NCBI GenBank assembly: GCA_002298125.1
Contig: DBMJ01000016.1
Coordinates: forward strand, 1 to 64,000
Direction of reading: 5' to 3'
Source: Clostridium sp. UBA701
GTDB lineage: Bacteria > Bacillota > Clostridia > Clostridiales > Clostridiaceae
DNA length: 64,000 nucleotides
Part shown: piece after piece, positions 20,305 through 30,355 of the stretch
How the letters are laid out: each line of letters starts with the position of its first letter
How positions within the stretch are numbered: position 1 is the first letter of the stretch
Translations under genes and position numbers: made by a program
The notes under the pieces: model-generated
What the model saw: the letters and a program-made list of their open reading frames with translations, nothing else
Told to the model about the DNA's origin: nothing
Databases searched by the model: none

Positions 20305-20973
20305 TTAAGCATTAGTGGCTTTGCTGCAGCCTACAGCGCATCTGCTGCAGTCATGCTCCACCAGAGTGCAATTATCTTTATTTCTTTTAAGCTTAACTGC
20401 ATTTAATATTGCCATCAATATACCCAGAGTAAAGAAGGCTCCTGGTGCTAGCACCATTATGGAGGCTGGTTTATAGGCCTCTGGCATTACAGCTATTTCA
20501 AAGATAGTTCCTGCTCCTAAAAGCTCTCTTATCACACCTAGTATAGCAAGGGAGCAAGTAAAGCCCAAGCCCATTCCAATGGCGTCAAAGAGAGAGGCTA
20601 TAACTCCGTTCTTTGATGCATAGGCCTCGGCTCTGCCAAGGATTATACAGTTAACCACTATTAGTGGGATGAAAATTCCAAGAGACTTATAAAGTGCAGG
20701 TACGTAGGCCTGCATAAGCATGTCTATTATGGTAACAAAGCTTGCAATAACTACTATATAGGCAGGTATTCTAATCTTTGAGGGTATTAGCTTTCTAAGC
20801 AGGGATATAGCTATGTTGGAAGCAATAAGTACCACTAAGGTGGCAGCTCCCATGCCAAAGGCATTTTTAGCAGAAGAGGTAACCGCAAGGGTTGGACACA
20901 TAGCTAGTACTTGAACAAAGATTGGATTTTCTGTGATGACTCCATTTTTTATTCTCTCAAATATAACGGACAT
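20305..20973 (-). CDS. rnfE: Rnf complex subunit E
   Basis: 222 aa polytopic RnfE/NqrD-like. Confidence 0.9.
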   Translation of the reverse strand: MSVIFERIKNGVITENPIFVQVLAMCPTLAVTSSAKNAFGMGAATLVVLIASNIAISLLRKLIPSKIRIPAYIVVIASFVTIIDMLMQAYVPALYKSLGIFIPLIVVNCIILGRAEAYASKNGVIASLFDAIGMGLGFTCSLAILGVIRELLGAGTIFEIAVMPEAYKPASIMVLAPGAFFTLGILMAILNAVKLKRNKDNCTLVEHDCSRCAVGCSKATNA

Positions 20974-20975
20974 GG

Positions 20976-21542
20976 CTATTTGCCTCCCTTCAGGTTTGTT
21001 TTGTAGAAGCTTATGGCTTCATTTACTCCGCTATTTACAGCTGTAGAGGACACTGTGGCTCCTGATACAGCCTCTATCTCACTGTCTGAAGAGGCAGGAA
21101 GCTTAACAAGCTTTAAAGCTGTCTTAATAGATTTATCCTTAAACTTATCTGTAAAGCTCTCCTTTTCTATTTTAGAGCCTACCCCAGGAGTTTCAGAGTG
21201 GGACAACACCTTTACGCCGCTTAGCTTATCATCACTGGTTATGCCCACTAGTAAACCAATATCGCCATGAAAGCCCTTAGTGGTAACCTTAATTAAATAC
21301 CCAGCGTGCTCCTCCCCCCTGTAGGCCTCATAGACCTCTTTTACATTACTTCCTTCAATAATAGAGACCGGGATTTCACGAACCTTATCTGCACCAGGCA
21401 TTATTATACTTATCTGTTCCTTTGAGAGCTTCCCGTTTTGTGCTATGACGTCTTTTGTATTCTCATAGGCAAAACCTAAAAGCAGTCCTGCAATAGCAGT
21501 AATAAGTGCCAATATTAAACCTAGCTTTATATTTTCCTTCAT
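20976..21542 (-). CDS. rnfG: Rnf complex subunit G (FMN-binding)
   Basis: 188 aa; N-terminal TM, FMN-binding motif region (..AVSGATVSS..). Confidence 0.85.
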   Translation of the reverse strand: MKENIKLGLILALITAIAGLLLGFAYENTKDVIAQNGKLSKEQISIIMPGADKVREIPVSIIEGSNVKEVYEAYRGEEHAGYLIKVTTKGFHGDIGLLVGITSDDKLSGVKVLSHSETPGVGSKIEKESFTDKFKDKSIKTALKLVKLPASSDSEIEAVSGATVSSTAVNSGVNEAISFYKTNLKGGK

Positions 21543-22520
21543 TTATATGGCCTCCTTTACTGAAGCATTAAAAGCTCTTCTGCTAAATAATTTATCTATG
21601 AGTGGCACAAATAGATTCATTACAATTATGGCGTAGTAAGCACCCTCTCCATTGTAACCGTACACCTTAAATACCACCGCTAGGCTTCCGCATAGGGCAC
21701 CAAAGAGGAGCTGACTTCCAAAGTGAGAAGGAGAAGAAGCAGGATCACTTGCCATAAATAATGCAGCCATAAATAATACACCGCTTAAGGTTCCTGTAAT
21801 AACATCTCCTGTGAACATGCCCTCCTTTCCTCCTATAAACCAGGTCATAAGAGCATAGGAGGCTATAAAGGACAGAGGAATTTTATAGCTTATTACTCTT
21901 CTTATTAGAAGATAAAGTCCACCTAAAAGCAGTGCTGCTACAGAGGCCTCTCCTATATTTTGAGCACTTTGATTCAAAAACAGCTTCCATACACTATCTA
22001 GTGTTAGTGCGGATTGTACAACGGCTTGGCTAGCACTTGAAACTGCCTCCGCAGCGCCGCTGGCGGCAGAAACTGCCTCAGCTGCACTTGCACCTCCAAC
22101 AGCATCTACAGCTGGCTTAATTAATACAGCAGTCCAAGAGGTCATTAAAAATACCTTAGCAGCAATGGCTGGATTCATAAAATTACTGCCCACTCCTCCA
22201 AAGAACTGCTTTACCACTAAGGTGGCAAAGATACTTCCTAGGGCTGGAATCCAAAGAGGTACATGAACCGGCAGTATAAGAGCCAGTATAAGGCCTGTAA
22301 CTACTGCACTTAGATCAGAAATGGTGATTGTCCTATGGCAAATTAGCTCCCAGATAAGCTCTGAAAGCACAGAGCCTGCCACAGATACTAGAATTATTAA
22401 AGCTGCCGGTACCTTATTTTGATAAATTCCAAAGGCCGCGGCAGGTAATAAAGCTATGAGCACGTCTCTCATTATGCTTTGAGTACTTCTTGCAGAAATG
22501 ATTTTTTTTGATTTACTCAT
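21543..22520 (-). CDS. rnfD: Rnf complex subunit D
   Basis: 325 aa RnfD/NqrB family; no ORF for RnfC lies upstream (a 467-bp AT-rich non-coding gap follows). Confidence 0.9.
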   Translation of the reverse strand: MSKSKKIISARSTQSIMRDVLIALLPAAAFGIYQNKVPAALIILVSVAGSVLSELIWELICHRTITISDLSAVVTGLILALILPVHVPLWIPALGSIFATLVVKQFFGGVGSNFMNPAIAAKVFLMTSWTAVLIKPAVDAVGGASAAEAVSAASGAAEAVSSASQAVVQSALTLDSVWKLFLNQSAQNIGEASVAALLLGGLYLLIRRVISYKIPLSFIASYALMTWFIGGKEGMFTGDVITGTLSGVLFMAALFMASDPASSPSHFGSQLLFGALCGSLAVVFKVYGYNGEGAYYAIIVMNLFVPLIDKLFSRRAFNASVKEAI

Positions 22521-22987
22521 TTTTTAATGCATACCCCCTTATTAATGTAAACAGCTGGATATAGGTTTATATTTACCATATAACATAACCTATTATAACA
22601 TATCATAAAATGGATAAGTATTCAAGAATAGTTTAGTTGTTCACAAAGGGAAGCTTTGTACACATTACGAAACTTTGTTAATTAAATAACATTATGTATT
22701 GGAATAAATTTATAAATATACAAAATAATAAATATTTATAAAATAATTACAATTCCTAAGATGACAACTAAGTGGTATTACCAATACTGTGAATAGAAAT
22801 ATTAAAAGTATATTCAAAGTGGAGCTGAATTTTTGTAACAAAGTTGTTTAAAAATATATTTTGATTTTTCACTCTTTTTTAAGCTTACTGTATAACATTG
22901 TTAAATAATATATTATTTTTAAAACAGTAATTAATTGAGGGCACCTCTAATATAATTAATGGAAAATATTATTAATGGGGGAGTATA

Positions 22988-24811
22988 ATGAAAAAAACAC
23001 TCAGTGTTTTACTTTCAGCAATGCTTTGCATATCCTTCTTTAGGGTGCTGCCTGAAAAGAAGGCCTATGCAGCAGTAGATGCACTGAAGGTTCAGGATAT
23101 GAAAACTGGAGGAGTTACAAAGGAGCTTATGGTAGAAAAGCTTTTAGGAAAAGATGTGGTGGCAAGCAATATACAATACAGAGGAGTACCTGTAGCAGCA
23201 GGACTGTTTCAGGGAGGAAAGAACATCATAGGCATAGAGGAAGGCATAATATTAAGTACAGGGAAGGCAGCAGATGTCATAGGCCCAAATGATACCCCCA
23301 GTAAGAGTGCAATGAGTGGTATGCCTGGTGACCCAGACCTAGACAAATTGGGTTTAGGTGGTCATACTTATGATGCTGCTGTGCTGGAGTTTGACTTTGT
23401 GCCTAAGGGAGACAGCGTATCCTTCCAATATGTTTTAGCATCAGAGGAATACAATGAATTTCTTAAATACAGTGATATAGTAGGTCTTTTTGTAAACGGC
23501 GCTAACACAGCATGGCTACCTACTAATCCACCAGTAGCAGTTAATATTTCAAATGTTAATCTTGGAAAGAACCCACAGTATTATATCAATAATGAAAACG
23601 GTAAATTAAACACTCAGATGGATGGCATGACAGTGGTATTATCAGCTCAAGCTGCTGTAAAACCAAATGAGATAAATCACCTTAAGCTTGCTGTTGCAGA
23701 CTATGGGGATGATAAGCTCGACACAAATGTATTTTTCAAGGCTGGAAGCCTTAACAGCAAACCAGTCACTCCAGGGCAATTTGCCTTTGGTGAACCACAA
23801 ATAAAGCCTGAGAACAATGGTCTTAGAGCCAAAGTAGAGGTAAAAAGAGCTAATGGTAGTGATGGTACTGCATCTGTACAGTGGACTGCATCTGGCAATG
23901 CTTCTGAAGACAGCACAAATACTCTTACCTTTGGAGATGGAGAAACAAGCAAAATTGTTGAACTTCCTATAATTCCAGGAGAGACAATTTATTTGCAGCT
24001 TGAAAATCCTACAGGTGGAGCCACTATTGATGAAGAACACAGTTATGTGGAAATACATGCACCTGTTACTGTGGTTAAGGTGGTGGCAGATAAAGAAAAT
24101 GGCAGCTATAAGGCAGGAGTGGAGATACCTATAACCGTATACTTTAATGGAGATATATTTTTACAAAGTGAGCTGCCAACTCTTATGAAGATACCTGAAA
24201 AAGAGCTCGGTGAACTTATTTTAAACTCTGGAGCAACGGTTAAGTGTACAGGTAAGGTAGGGAAAAATGCCATAAGCTTTTTATACACCATAAAGGAAGG
24301 GGAGAATGCCAAGTATCTAGATTATTTAAATATGGATTCCTTGGTTTTACAGGATAATTCACTATTTGATATTTCCTATAAAAATGTAATCCCAAAGCTC
24401 CCTTTACCAGGAAGTGTTAACTCTATTTCAGGGACTAAAAAGATAATTGTAGATACTACAGCACCAGTAATTATCCTAACAGGCGGCAGTGAAACAAAGA
24501 CCGTGCTAAGTAAGACCTTTACGGACCCTGGCTACAAGGTTACAGATAACTTCGATGAGAATTTAGGTTCCAAGGTAGTTGTTTCAGGTTCAGTAGATAC
24601 CAGTAAGAAGGGAAAATACCTATTAAAGTATAATGTGCTAGATGCTGCAGGAAACCCTGCCTTAGAGGTAATAAGAACTGTGGAGGTAGTAGATGCACTA
24701 GAACTTCCAAAGACAGGAGCTCAGATGGATTACAATGTACTCCTTTCAATAGGTATCCTTATAATGGCTGCAGGAGCAGTGACTCTTATATACAAAAAGA
24801 AAAATGAATAA
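22988..24811 (+). CDS. LPXTG-anchored cell-surface protein with choice-of-anchor-like N-terminal domain and Ig-like (DUF5011-type) domain
   Basis: 607 aa; signal peptide; C-terminal LPKTG + hydrophobic stretch + KKKNE; F.YVLASEEY motif; DUF5011-like TAPVI.L.G...TV..G..YTDPG segment. Confidence 0.75.
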   Translation: MKKTLSVLLSAMLCISFFRVLPEKKAYAAVDALKVQDMKTGGVTKELMVEKLLGKDVVASNIQYRGVPVAAGLFQGGKNIIGIEEGIILSTGKAADVIGPNDTPSKSAMSGMPGDPDLDKLGLGGHTYDAAVLEFDFVPKGDSVSFQYVLASEEYNEFLKYSDIVGLFVNGANTAWLPTNPPVAVNISNVNLGKNPQYYINNENGKLNTQMDGMTVVLSAQAAVKPNEINHLKLAVADYGDDKLDTNVFFKAGSLNSKPVTPGQFAFGEPQIKPENNGLRAKVEVKRANGSDGTASVQWTASGNASEDSTNTLTFGDGETSKIVELPIIPGETIYLQLENPTGGATIDEEHSYVEIHAPVTVVKVVADKENGSYKAGVEIPITVYFNGDIFLQSELPTLMKIPEKELGELILNSGATVKCTGKVGKNAISFLYTIKEGENAKYLDYLNMDSLVLQDNSLFDISYKNVIPKLPLPGSVNSISGTKKIIVDTTAPVIILTGGSETKTVLSKTFTDPGYKVTDNFDENLGSKVVVSGSVDTSKKGKYLLKYNVLDAAGNPALEVIRTVEVVDALELPKTGAQMDYNVLLSIGILIMAAGAVTLIYKKKNE

Positions 24812-24814
24812 AAT

Positions 24815-24845
24815 AAAAACTCCGGATTTTCCGGAGTTTTACTTT
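24815..24845. terminator. bidirectional terminator (AAAACTCCGGAttttCCGGAGTTTT)
   Basis: palindromic stem with A/T flanks. Confidence 0.65.
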
Positions 24846-25129
24846 TTATTCTTAATTATAGGAGTGTACTGAAAAACCAAGGGCTCAATTATTAAAAAGG
24901 AAAGGGCAACCCAAACAACACTAACCCAGACTTGGCATTTCCACAAGGAATATATAAAGGGAAGTGCAAATATCACCATGAAAATAAATTTTGATTTGTT
25001 GGTAACACAGTATTCTGCACCACAATTTGGACAAGTATACTTATAATTATTCTTCATGGTTATTTTATAGAATTCCACGAAATTAATTTTTTTCTTACAA
25101 TGACTGCACTCTTTTAACATGAATTTCAT
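24839..25129 (-). CDS. small zinc-ribbon (CxxC...CPxC) membrane protein
   Basis: 96 aa; CSHCKK...CPNCG then two TM helices. Confidence 0.4.
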   Translation of the reverse strand: MKFMLKECSHCKKKINFVEFYKITMKNNYKYTCPNCGAEYCVTNKSKFIFMVIFALPFIYSLWKCQVWVSVVWVALSFLIIEPLVFQYTPIIKNKK

Positions 25130-25287
25130 CCTTCCCGTTGATAACTAATCTTTATTTAACTATAGCAGATTTTCTAATGCTTTTGCAGTAGTTTATCAAA
25201 TAATTAAGCAAAACCGGAATATTTATTAACCGTCCCCAATTCTCACTCATATACTAAAGTAGTTAATTTAGATGAGGAGATGAGAGT

Positions 25288-26058
25288 ATGGAAAAGCTTA
25301 GAGTAGAGGATATCAGTATGAATTATCACTCCCTGCAGGGAGAAACGCCTACTCTTTTAAATATATGCTTCTCTTTAGATGAAGGAGAATTTGTAAGTAT
25401 AGTGGGTCCCTCAGGCTGTGGCAAGTCTACTATTCTAAACATAATAGCGGGACTTATAAAACCCTCTTTTGGGGATATATATATAGACAATGAAAAGGTC
25501 ACAGGCTGCAGCACCAGAATAGGCTATATGTTTCAAAAGGATCACCTCTTTGGATGGCTAAGTGTATGGGAAAATGTAACCCTAGGGCTTAAGGTAAAGG
25601 GAAGGGTAACAAAGGAACAGGAGGAGCAGGTAAAGGGGCTTCTTGAAAAATACAAGCTATGGGAGTTTAAAAATCACTTTCCAAGACAGCTCTCAGGAGG
25701 TATGAGGCAGAGGGTTGCCCTTATTAGGACCCTCACTTTAAACCCTGAGCTACTGCTTTTAGATGAGCCCTTTTCTGCACTGGATTATCAGACAAGACTT
25801 AACCTAAGCAGTGAGATAGGAGAGATAATAAAGAAGGAAAAAAAGACTGCCCTCATGGTAACCCATGACATATCTGAGGCTGTGTCCATGAGTAATAGGG
25901 TACTAGTGCTCTCTAAAAGACCTGCCGCCATAAAGTTTAACCTGGCTATAGATTTCCCTCCACATTTAAACTCCTTAGAGAGAAGGGAACATGAGAACTT
26001 TAAGGAATATTTCAAAAAAATCTGGAAGGAGATGGACAGCAATGAGGAAAGAGAATAG
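25288..26058 (+). CDS. ABC transporter ATP-binding protein, NitT/TauT (SsuB-like) family
   Basis: Walker A GPSGCGKST, LSGGMRQR signature, Walker B LLLLDEPFSALD; GAGGAG RBS. Confidence 0.85.
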   Translation: MEKLRVEDISMNYHSLQGETPTLLNICFSLDEGEFVSIVGPSGCGKSTILNIIAGLIKPSFGDIYIDNEKVTGCSTRIGYMFQKDHLFGWLSVWENVTLGLKVKGRVTKEQEEQVKGLLEKYKLWEFKNHFPRQLSGGMRQRVALIRTLTLNPELLLLDEPFSALDYQTRLNLSSEIGEIIKKEKKTALMVTHDISEAVSMSNRVLVLSKRPAAIKFNLAIDFPPHLNSLERREHENFKEYFKKIWKEMDSNEERE

Positions 26059-26869
26059 TAGCATAAACCAAGCAGTGATAAGTGATGAGCATAAAGCTTA
26101 TATAAGCTCCATTAAAAGACAAAATCGCAGAGTAACCCTAAATAGATTGGCAATCCTAGTGCTGTTCTTTGCGCTTTGGGAGCTTGCTGGAGACCTAAAG
26201 TGGATAGACCCTTTCTTAACCAGTACTCCTTCTAGGATGGTAAAGAGTCTTATCACCATATATGGAGAGGGGACCTTATTTAAGCATATCTTTGTAACCT
26301 GCTATGAAACTATTTTGGGTTTTGTTTTAGGTACCATACTAGGCACCATAATCGCGGTGCTGCTTTGGTGGTCAGATTTTGTATCTAGGGTGATGGAGCC
26401 TTACCTTGTAGTGCTAAATGCACTGCCAAAGGTAGCCCTTGCACCAATAATCATCTTTTGGGCCGGTAATGGCATAAAAGCTATAATAATAATAGCTCTT
26501 TTAATATCTATAATAGTCACTATTATAGGGGTACTTTCAGGCTTTAAAGAGGTGGATGAAGATAAGATTAAGCTTATGAAGACCTTTGGAGCTTCTAAGC
26601 TTCAGATACTTAGAAAGCTTATAATTCCAGCCTCTATGCCTACCATGATTTCTGCCCTAAAGATCAATGTAGGACTGTCCTGGGTTGGAGTAATAATGGG
26701 TGAGTTTTTGGTGGCAAAGGATGGACTTGGATTTCTCATAGTGTTTGGAGGACAGATATCACAGCTGGACATGGTAATGATGAGCATAATAATTTTATCC
26801 TTTTTAGCCTATCTTATGTATGCCTTAGTCTCAGTAGTTGAAAAGAGGTTTATGAAGAGATTTGAGTAA
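26042..26869 (+). CDS. ABC transporter permease, NitT/TauT (SsuC-like) family
   Basis: polytopic; EAA-like loop region; start chosen at ATG 26042 overlapping the ATPase stop (the ORF track extends to 25991). Confidence 0.75.
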   Translation: MRKENSSINQAVISDEHKAYISSIKRQNRRVTLNRLAILVLFFALWELAGDLKWIDPFLTSTPSRMVKSLITIYGEGTLFKHIFVTCYETILGFVLGTILGTIIAVLLWWSDFVSRVMEPYLVVLNALPKVALAPIIIFWAGNGIKAIIIIALLISIIVTIIGVLSGFKEVDEDKIKLMKTFGASKLQILRKLIIPASMPTMISALKINVGLSWVGVIMGEFLVAKDGLGFLIVFGGQISQLDMVMMSIIILSFLAYLMYALVSVVEKRFMKRFE

Positions 26870-26871
26870 AG

Positions 26872-26905
26872 CAGAAGGCAGTCTGTGCACAGACTGCCTT
26901 TTAAA
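26872..26905. terminator. bidirectional terminator (AGGCAGTCTGtgcaCAGACTGCCTTTT)
   Basis: 10-bp stem. Confidence 0.6.
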
Positions 26906-26911
26906 ATTTTA

Positions 26912-28120
26912 CTAAATGATATCTTTTTTATAAATCCTGAAGGTCTTATTTATCTTGCCTCCTAATTTCTCTATGTCTCTTCTCATAGCTACGTTGTATT
27001 CCCATATGGTAGAGCCCTCTACAGCATCATAACCATGTCGCTTAAAGGCATCCTCACAATGTACATAAATAGCAGCAGTAACACCCTTCTTTCTATATTC
27101 AGGCACCACGAAGAGCACAAAGAGTCTGCAGCGGTTTATTTTTTTCTTCCCAAAGAGATATTTAAATACTCCAAAGGGGAATTTCTTGCCGTCCATGGAT
27201 TTTAGCACCTGGTTATAATCTGGCATAGCAATGTTAAAGCCAATAGGTCGTCCTTCTTTAGTTCTAGCAATGTAAATTAAATCAGGTACTGCCACAGGCA
27301 CCAGGTTTTTTGCCATAAGCTCAATTTCTTCGTCGGTAGGGGGTACAAAATCCTCCCACTCCTCCGGCATGGCTTCATCTAGAATACGCTTTATATCTGC
27401 CATATCCCTTTGAATATTCTCCAGGTCTATCATGTCCACTTTAAAGCCATATTTCTCCATGGCATAGGGCACCATTCTCTTATATCTCTCAGGAGCACCC
27501 TGCTTTACCTCTAGATGATAAGCATAGCAGTCCCAGTACTTATAAAAACCGTACTGTTCAAAGAAATCTACATAATAAGGCGGGTTATACACATTCATTA
27601 CATAGGGATCATCATCATAGCAGTCTATAAGAAGTCCTCTGCAGTCATCTCCGTCTGGAGGAGCAAGAGGCCCTATAATTTTAGTCATGCCTCTCTTTTT
27701 AAGCCAGGAGTTGGCATAGTCAAAGAGAGCCTTACAAACGGAATAGTCCTCTATGCATTCAAACAGTGAAAGGTATCCCTCTGCATAGTTTTTAGCATTA
27801 TTTAGAACATTGTTTATACCCACGCATAGTCTTCCACAGAGCACATCCTCCTTATAGGCAAGGAGCAGGGTGTAGGGGCCGCTTTCCTTTAGGGTATTAT
27901 TCTCTCCGCGAATGGTTTTTAAGCTATCACTTATTAGAGGAGGTACCCAGTAAGGATTGTCTTTATAAACCTTCCAGGGGAATTTAACAAAGTCCTTTTC
28001 CCCTTTTTTATCACAAACCTCCACTATTTTTATATTTTCAGTATTTACAGAGGGTTTAGTATTAAGCTCTGTTCTATTATTTATATTAGTTTTCTGTAAC
28101 TCCAATTTTTTCACTCCCAT
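26912..28120 (-). CDS. acyl-CoA N-acyltransferase (GNAT)-fold protein of unknown specificity
   Basis: 402 aa; C-terminal GNAT-like core (RCRLFVLFVVPEYRKKGV); 5' end overlaps MFS gene by ~35 nt so the true start is uncertain. Confidence 0.4.
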   Translation of the reverse strand: MGVKKLELQKTNINNRTELNTKPSVNTENIKIVEVCDKKGEKDFVKFPWKVYKDNPYWVPPLISDSLKTIRGENNTLKESGPYTLLLAYKEDVLCGRLCVGINNVLNNAKNYAEGYLSLFECIEDYSVCKALFDYANSWLKKRGMTKIIGPLAPPDGDDCRGLLIDCYDDDPYVMNVYNPPYYVDFFEQYGFYKYWDCYAYHLEVKQGAPERYKRMVPYAMEKYGFKVDMIDLENIQRDMADIKRILDEAMPEEWEDFVPPTDEEIELMAKNLVPVAVPDLIYIARTKEGRPIGFNIAMPDYNQVLKSMDGKKFPFGVFKYLFGKKKINRCRLFVLFVVPEYRKKGVTAAIYVHCEDAFKRHGYDAVEGSTIWEYNVAMRRDIEKLGGKINKTFRIYKKDII

Positions 28121-29309
28121 CTAAATTGCTCATAGGTTTAACCCTGCTGATAAAAAACAGGGCTAGAGCAAAGAAAAGTGTTCCATATAGGAACATGTAT
28201 TTATAGCCAATAATATCTATTACCCCGCCCAGTAGTGGAGGAGAGATGATATTGGCTATGGAGGAGAATAGGTAATATAGTCCTGTGTAGGTACCAATTA
28301 AACCTAGTGGCGCCATTTCAGCTACAAAGGGATAGGAGTTAATATTGATAAATGCCCAGAAAATTCCAAGCACAACGAATACAGCTCTTATTGCCCAGAG
28401 GTCTCTTAGAAAAGCAGCAACTATAAATCCTGCTATAATACCGATTATCCCAAGGATTATGGTTTTTTTCTTGCCAAGCTTTGTGCCTACAATTCCTGCA
28501 GGTACTGCAAAAATTAGAAAACTTATTGATATAAAGGCAAAGGATATGGCAGAGGCACTTTCTGTAGCTCCAATGAACTTTGTTCCATATCTTGTGAAAA
28601 AGGTCTCTATGCCATTAAAGCCTATAAACCAGCAGCAGATTGCCAGCAGTAGGTTTCTTGTAGCGGGATTTTTCAATCCATTTGCCAAGCCTTCAAAAAA
28701 ACCTACATTTTTTTCGGATTTTTCGTAGTAAAGAACATCTCTTTTTTCCTTAACGAAATTAAATAGTACAATAAAGGATAAGATCATAAGCCCTGAAGCC
28801 AAATAAAAAGGGTATCCATTATTATACTTCCAAAGGATGCCTCCTACCAAAAAGGCTATTACAGAGCCGACACCACCCATTAGGTTGATTATACTATTAG
28901 CCTTGCTCCTTTTCTCCTTTGGAGTGATGTCTGGCATAAGTGCCACCACAGGAGAGCGAAAAATGCTCATAGATAGGTTCATCAATACCAAAAAGGTGAT
29001 TAAGGTCCACAAATTAAAATGTTGAGGAATTAAAAATATAAATACCGTTGCTATAGGCATGCCTATCATAATAAAGGGCATACGTTTTCCATAACGAGTG
29101 TTTACCTCGTCACTATAGGCTCCTACCATAGGCTGAATAAAAAGCGCCAGGTAGTTGTCAATAGTCATTATAAAACCTATAATTGTAGAGCTTTCAATGA
29201 ATTTTCCAAGAAGTAAGGGCATAAAGGAATTGTAAACTGACCAGGTAATGCTTATGGCAAAAAAGCCAAAGCCTAAAAGAAATACCTTCCCATAATTAAA
29301 TTTTTTCAT
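28086..29309 (-). CDS. MFS transporter (12 TM; possibly lysophospholipid/LplT-like or sugar-phosphate type)
   Basis: 407 aa with typical MFS topology and G-rich loop motifs. Confidence 0.8.
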   Translation of the reverse strand: MKKFNYGKVFLLGFGFFAISITWSVYNSFMPLLLGKFIESSTIIGFIMTIDNYLALFIQPMVGAYSDEVNTRYGKRMPFIMIGMPIATVFIFLIPQHFNLWTLITFLVLMNLSMSIFRSPVVALMPDITPKEKRSKANSIINLMGGVGSVIAFLVGGILWKYNNGYPFYLASGLMILSFIVLFNFVKEKRDVLYYEKSEKNVGFFEGLANGLKNPATRNLLLAICCWFIGFNGIETFFTRYGTKFIGATESASAISFAFISISFLIFAVPAGIVGTKLGKKKTIILGIIGIIAGFIVAAFLRDLWAIRAVFVVLGIFWAFININSYPFVAEMAPLGLIGTYTGLYYLFSSIANIISPPLLGGVIDIIGYKYMFLYGTLFFALALFFISRVKPMSNLDGSEKIGVTEN

Positions 29310-29340
29310 AATAACCCCCTTAAAAACTTATTACTTTACC

Positions 29341-30063
29341 CTATTTCTTTAGAATTGCTTTAACCCTGTCTGGATAATTTGTTATAATTCCATCCACCCC
29401 CATGGATATGCAGTGCATAATATGAGGCTCCTCATCCACAGTAAAGGGATTGACAAAGATTCCTTCCCTATGAGCCTTTTCCACCACCTCTTTTCTTACT
29501 GCGTAGAAAAAGGGATGCAGGCCATCTGCCTTTAAGGTTTTGCAGTAGTTCTGAGGTTCATAGATGCCTTCCATGTAAAGAACAGCGGTTTTAATTGAAG
29601 GACACAGCTCCTTACAATGGGCTAGGGAATAATGATTAAAGCTTGATAGCATCACTCTCTTTTCCATACCCTCCTTATGAATAAGCTCCATAAGCTTTTC
29701 CTCTATCTGAGGATAAATCACTATACCGCTTTTAATCTCCAGGTTCAAATTTACCTTTGTTGGCTTTACTAGGTCTAAAAGCTCTTTTAGTGTTGGTATT
29801 TTACACTGGGAAAAGCTCTTATCCTTAAAGCTGCCAGCATCCAACCCTCGAAGCTCCTTTAAGCTGTAATCCTTCACAAGGCCTGTACCATTTGTGGTTC
29901 TGTTTACATATTCATCGTGAATTAGTACTAATTCTCCATCCTTAGTTAGCTGTACATCTGTTTCTATGGCATCACAGTCTAATTCTATGGCTTTTTCAAA
30001 GGCCAACAGGGTGTTTTCAGGATAATATGAGCTGGCACCTCTATGGGCATAGACTACCGTCAT
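29341..30063 (-). CDS. glycerophosphodiester phosphodiesterase (GDPD/UgpQ family)
   Basis: 240 aa; HRG..........ENT...F......D.IE.D...T.DG..V..HD motif at N-terminus. Confidence 0.85.
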   Translation of the reverse strand: MTVVYAHRGASSYYPENTLLAFEKAIELDCDAIETDVQLTKDGELVLIHDEYVNRTTNGTGLVKDYSLKELRGLDAGSFKDKSFSQCKIPTLKELLDLVKPTKVNLNLEIKSGIVIYPQIEEKLMELIHKEGMEKRVMLSSFNHYSLAHCKELCPSIKTAVLYMEGIYEPQNYCKTLKADGLHPFFYAVRKEVVEKAHREGIFVNPFTVDEEPHIMHCISMGVDGIITNYPDRVKAILKK

Positions 30064-30355
30064 GTCTTTCCCTCCTTCTCTATAATGTAAATATTTGTAG
30101 TTTAATTATAATATTCTCTAGGAATTTGTAAATTCCTTTTATTTTTACGCTTTTATAAAGATTATTCTATTAAAATTTACTAAAGAACCAGAATATTTGG
30201 TATAATTAAATTAGGTATATATTAAATTACATAGAAGGATATTTTCACTTCATTAGGGATATATAAATAGTAGGGTGTAAAACTCCTAAAGAGAAGAGAT
30301 AATTTAATGTTATGACAGAAATAATAGTATTAAATATTATATATGGAGGTATTTT

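Noticed and set aside
22521-22987. Looked for rnfC or another gene in the 467-bp gap upstream of rnfD
   Set aside because: No ORF ≥60 aa in any frame and the region is AT-rich and promoter-like, so rnfC is genuinely not here.
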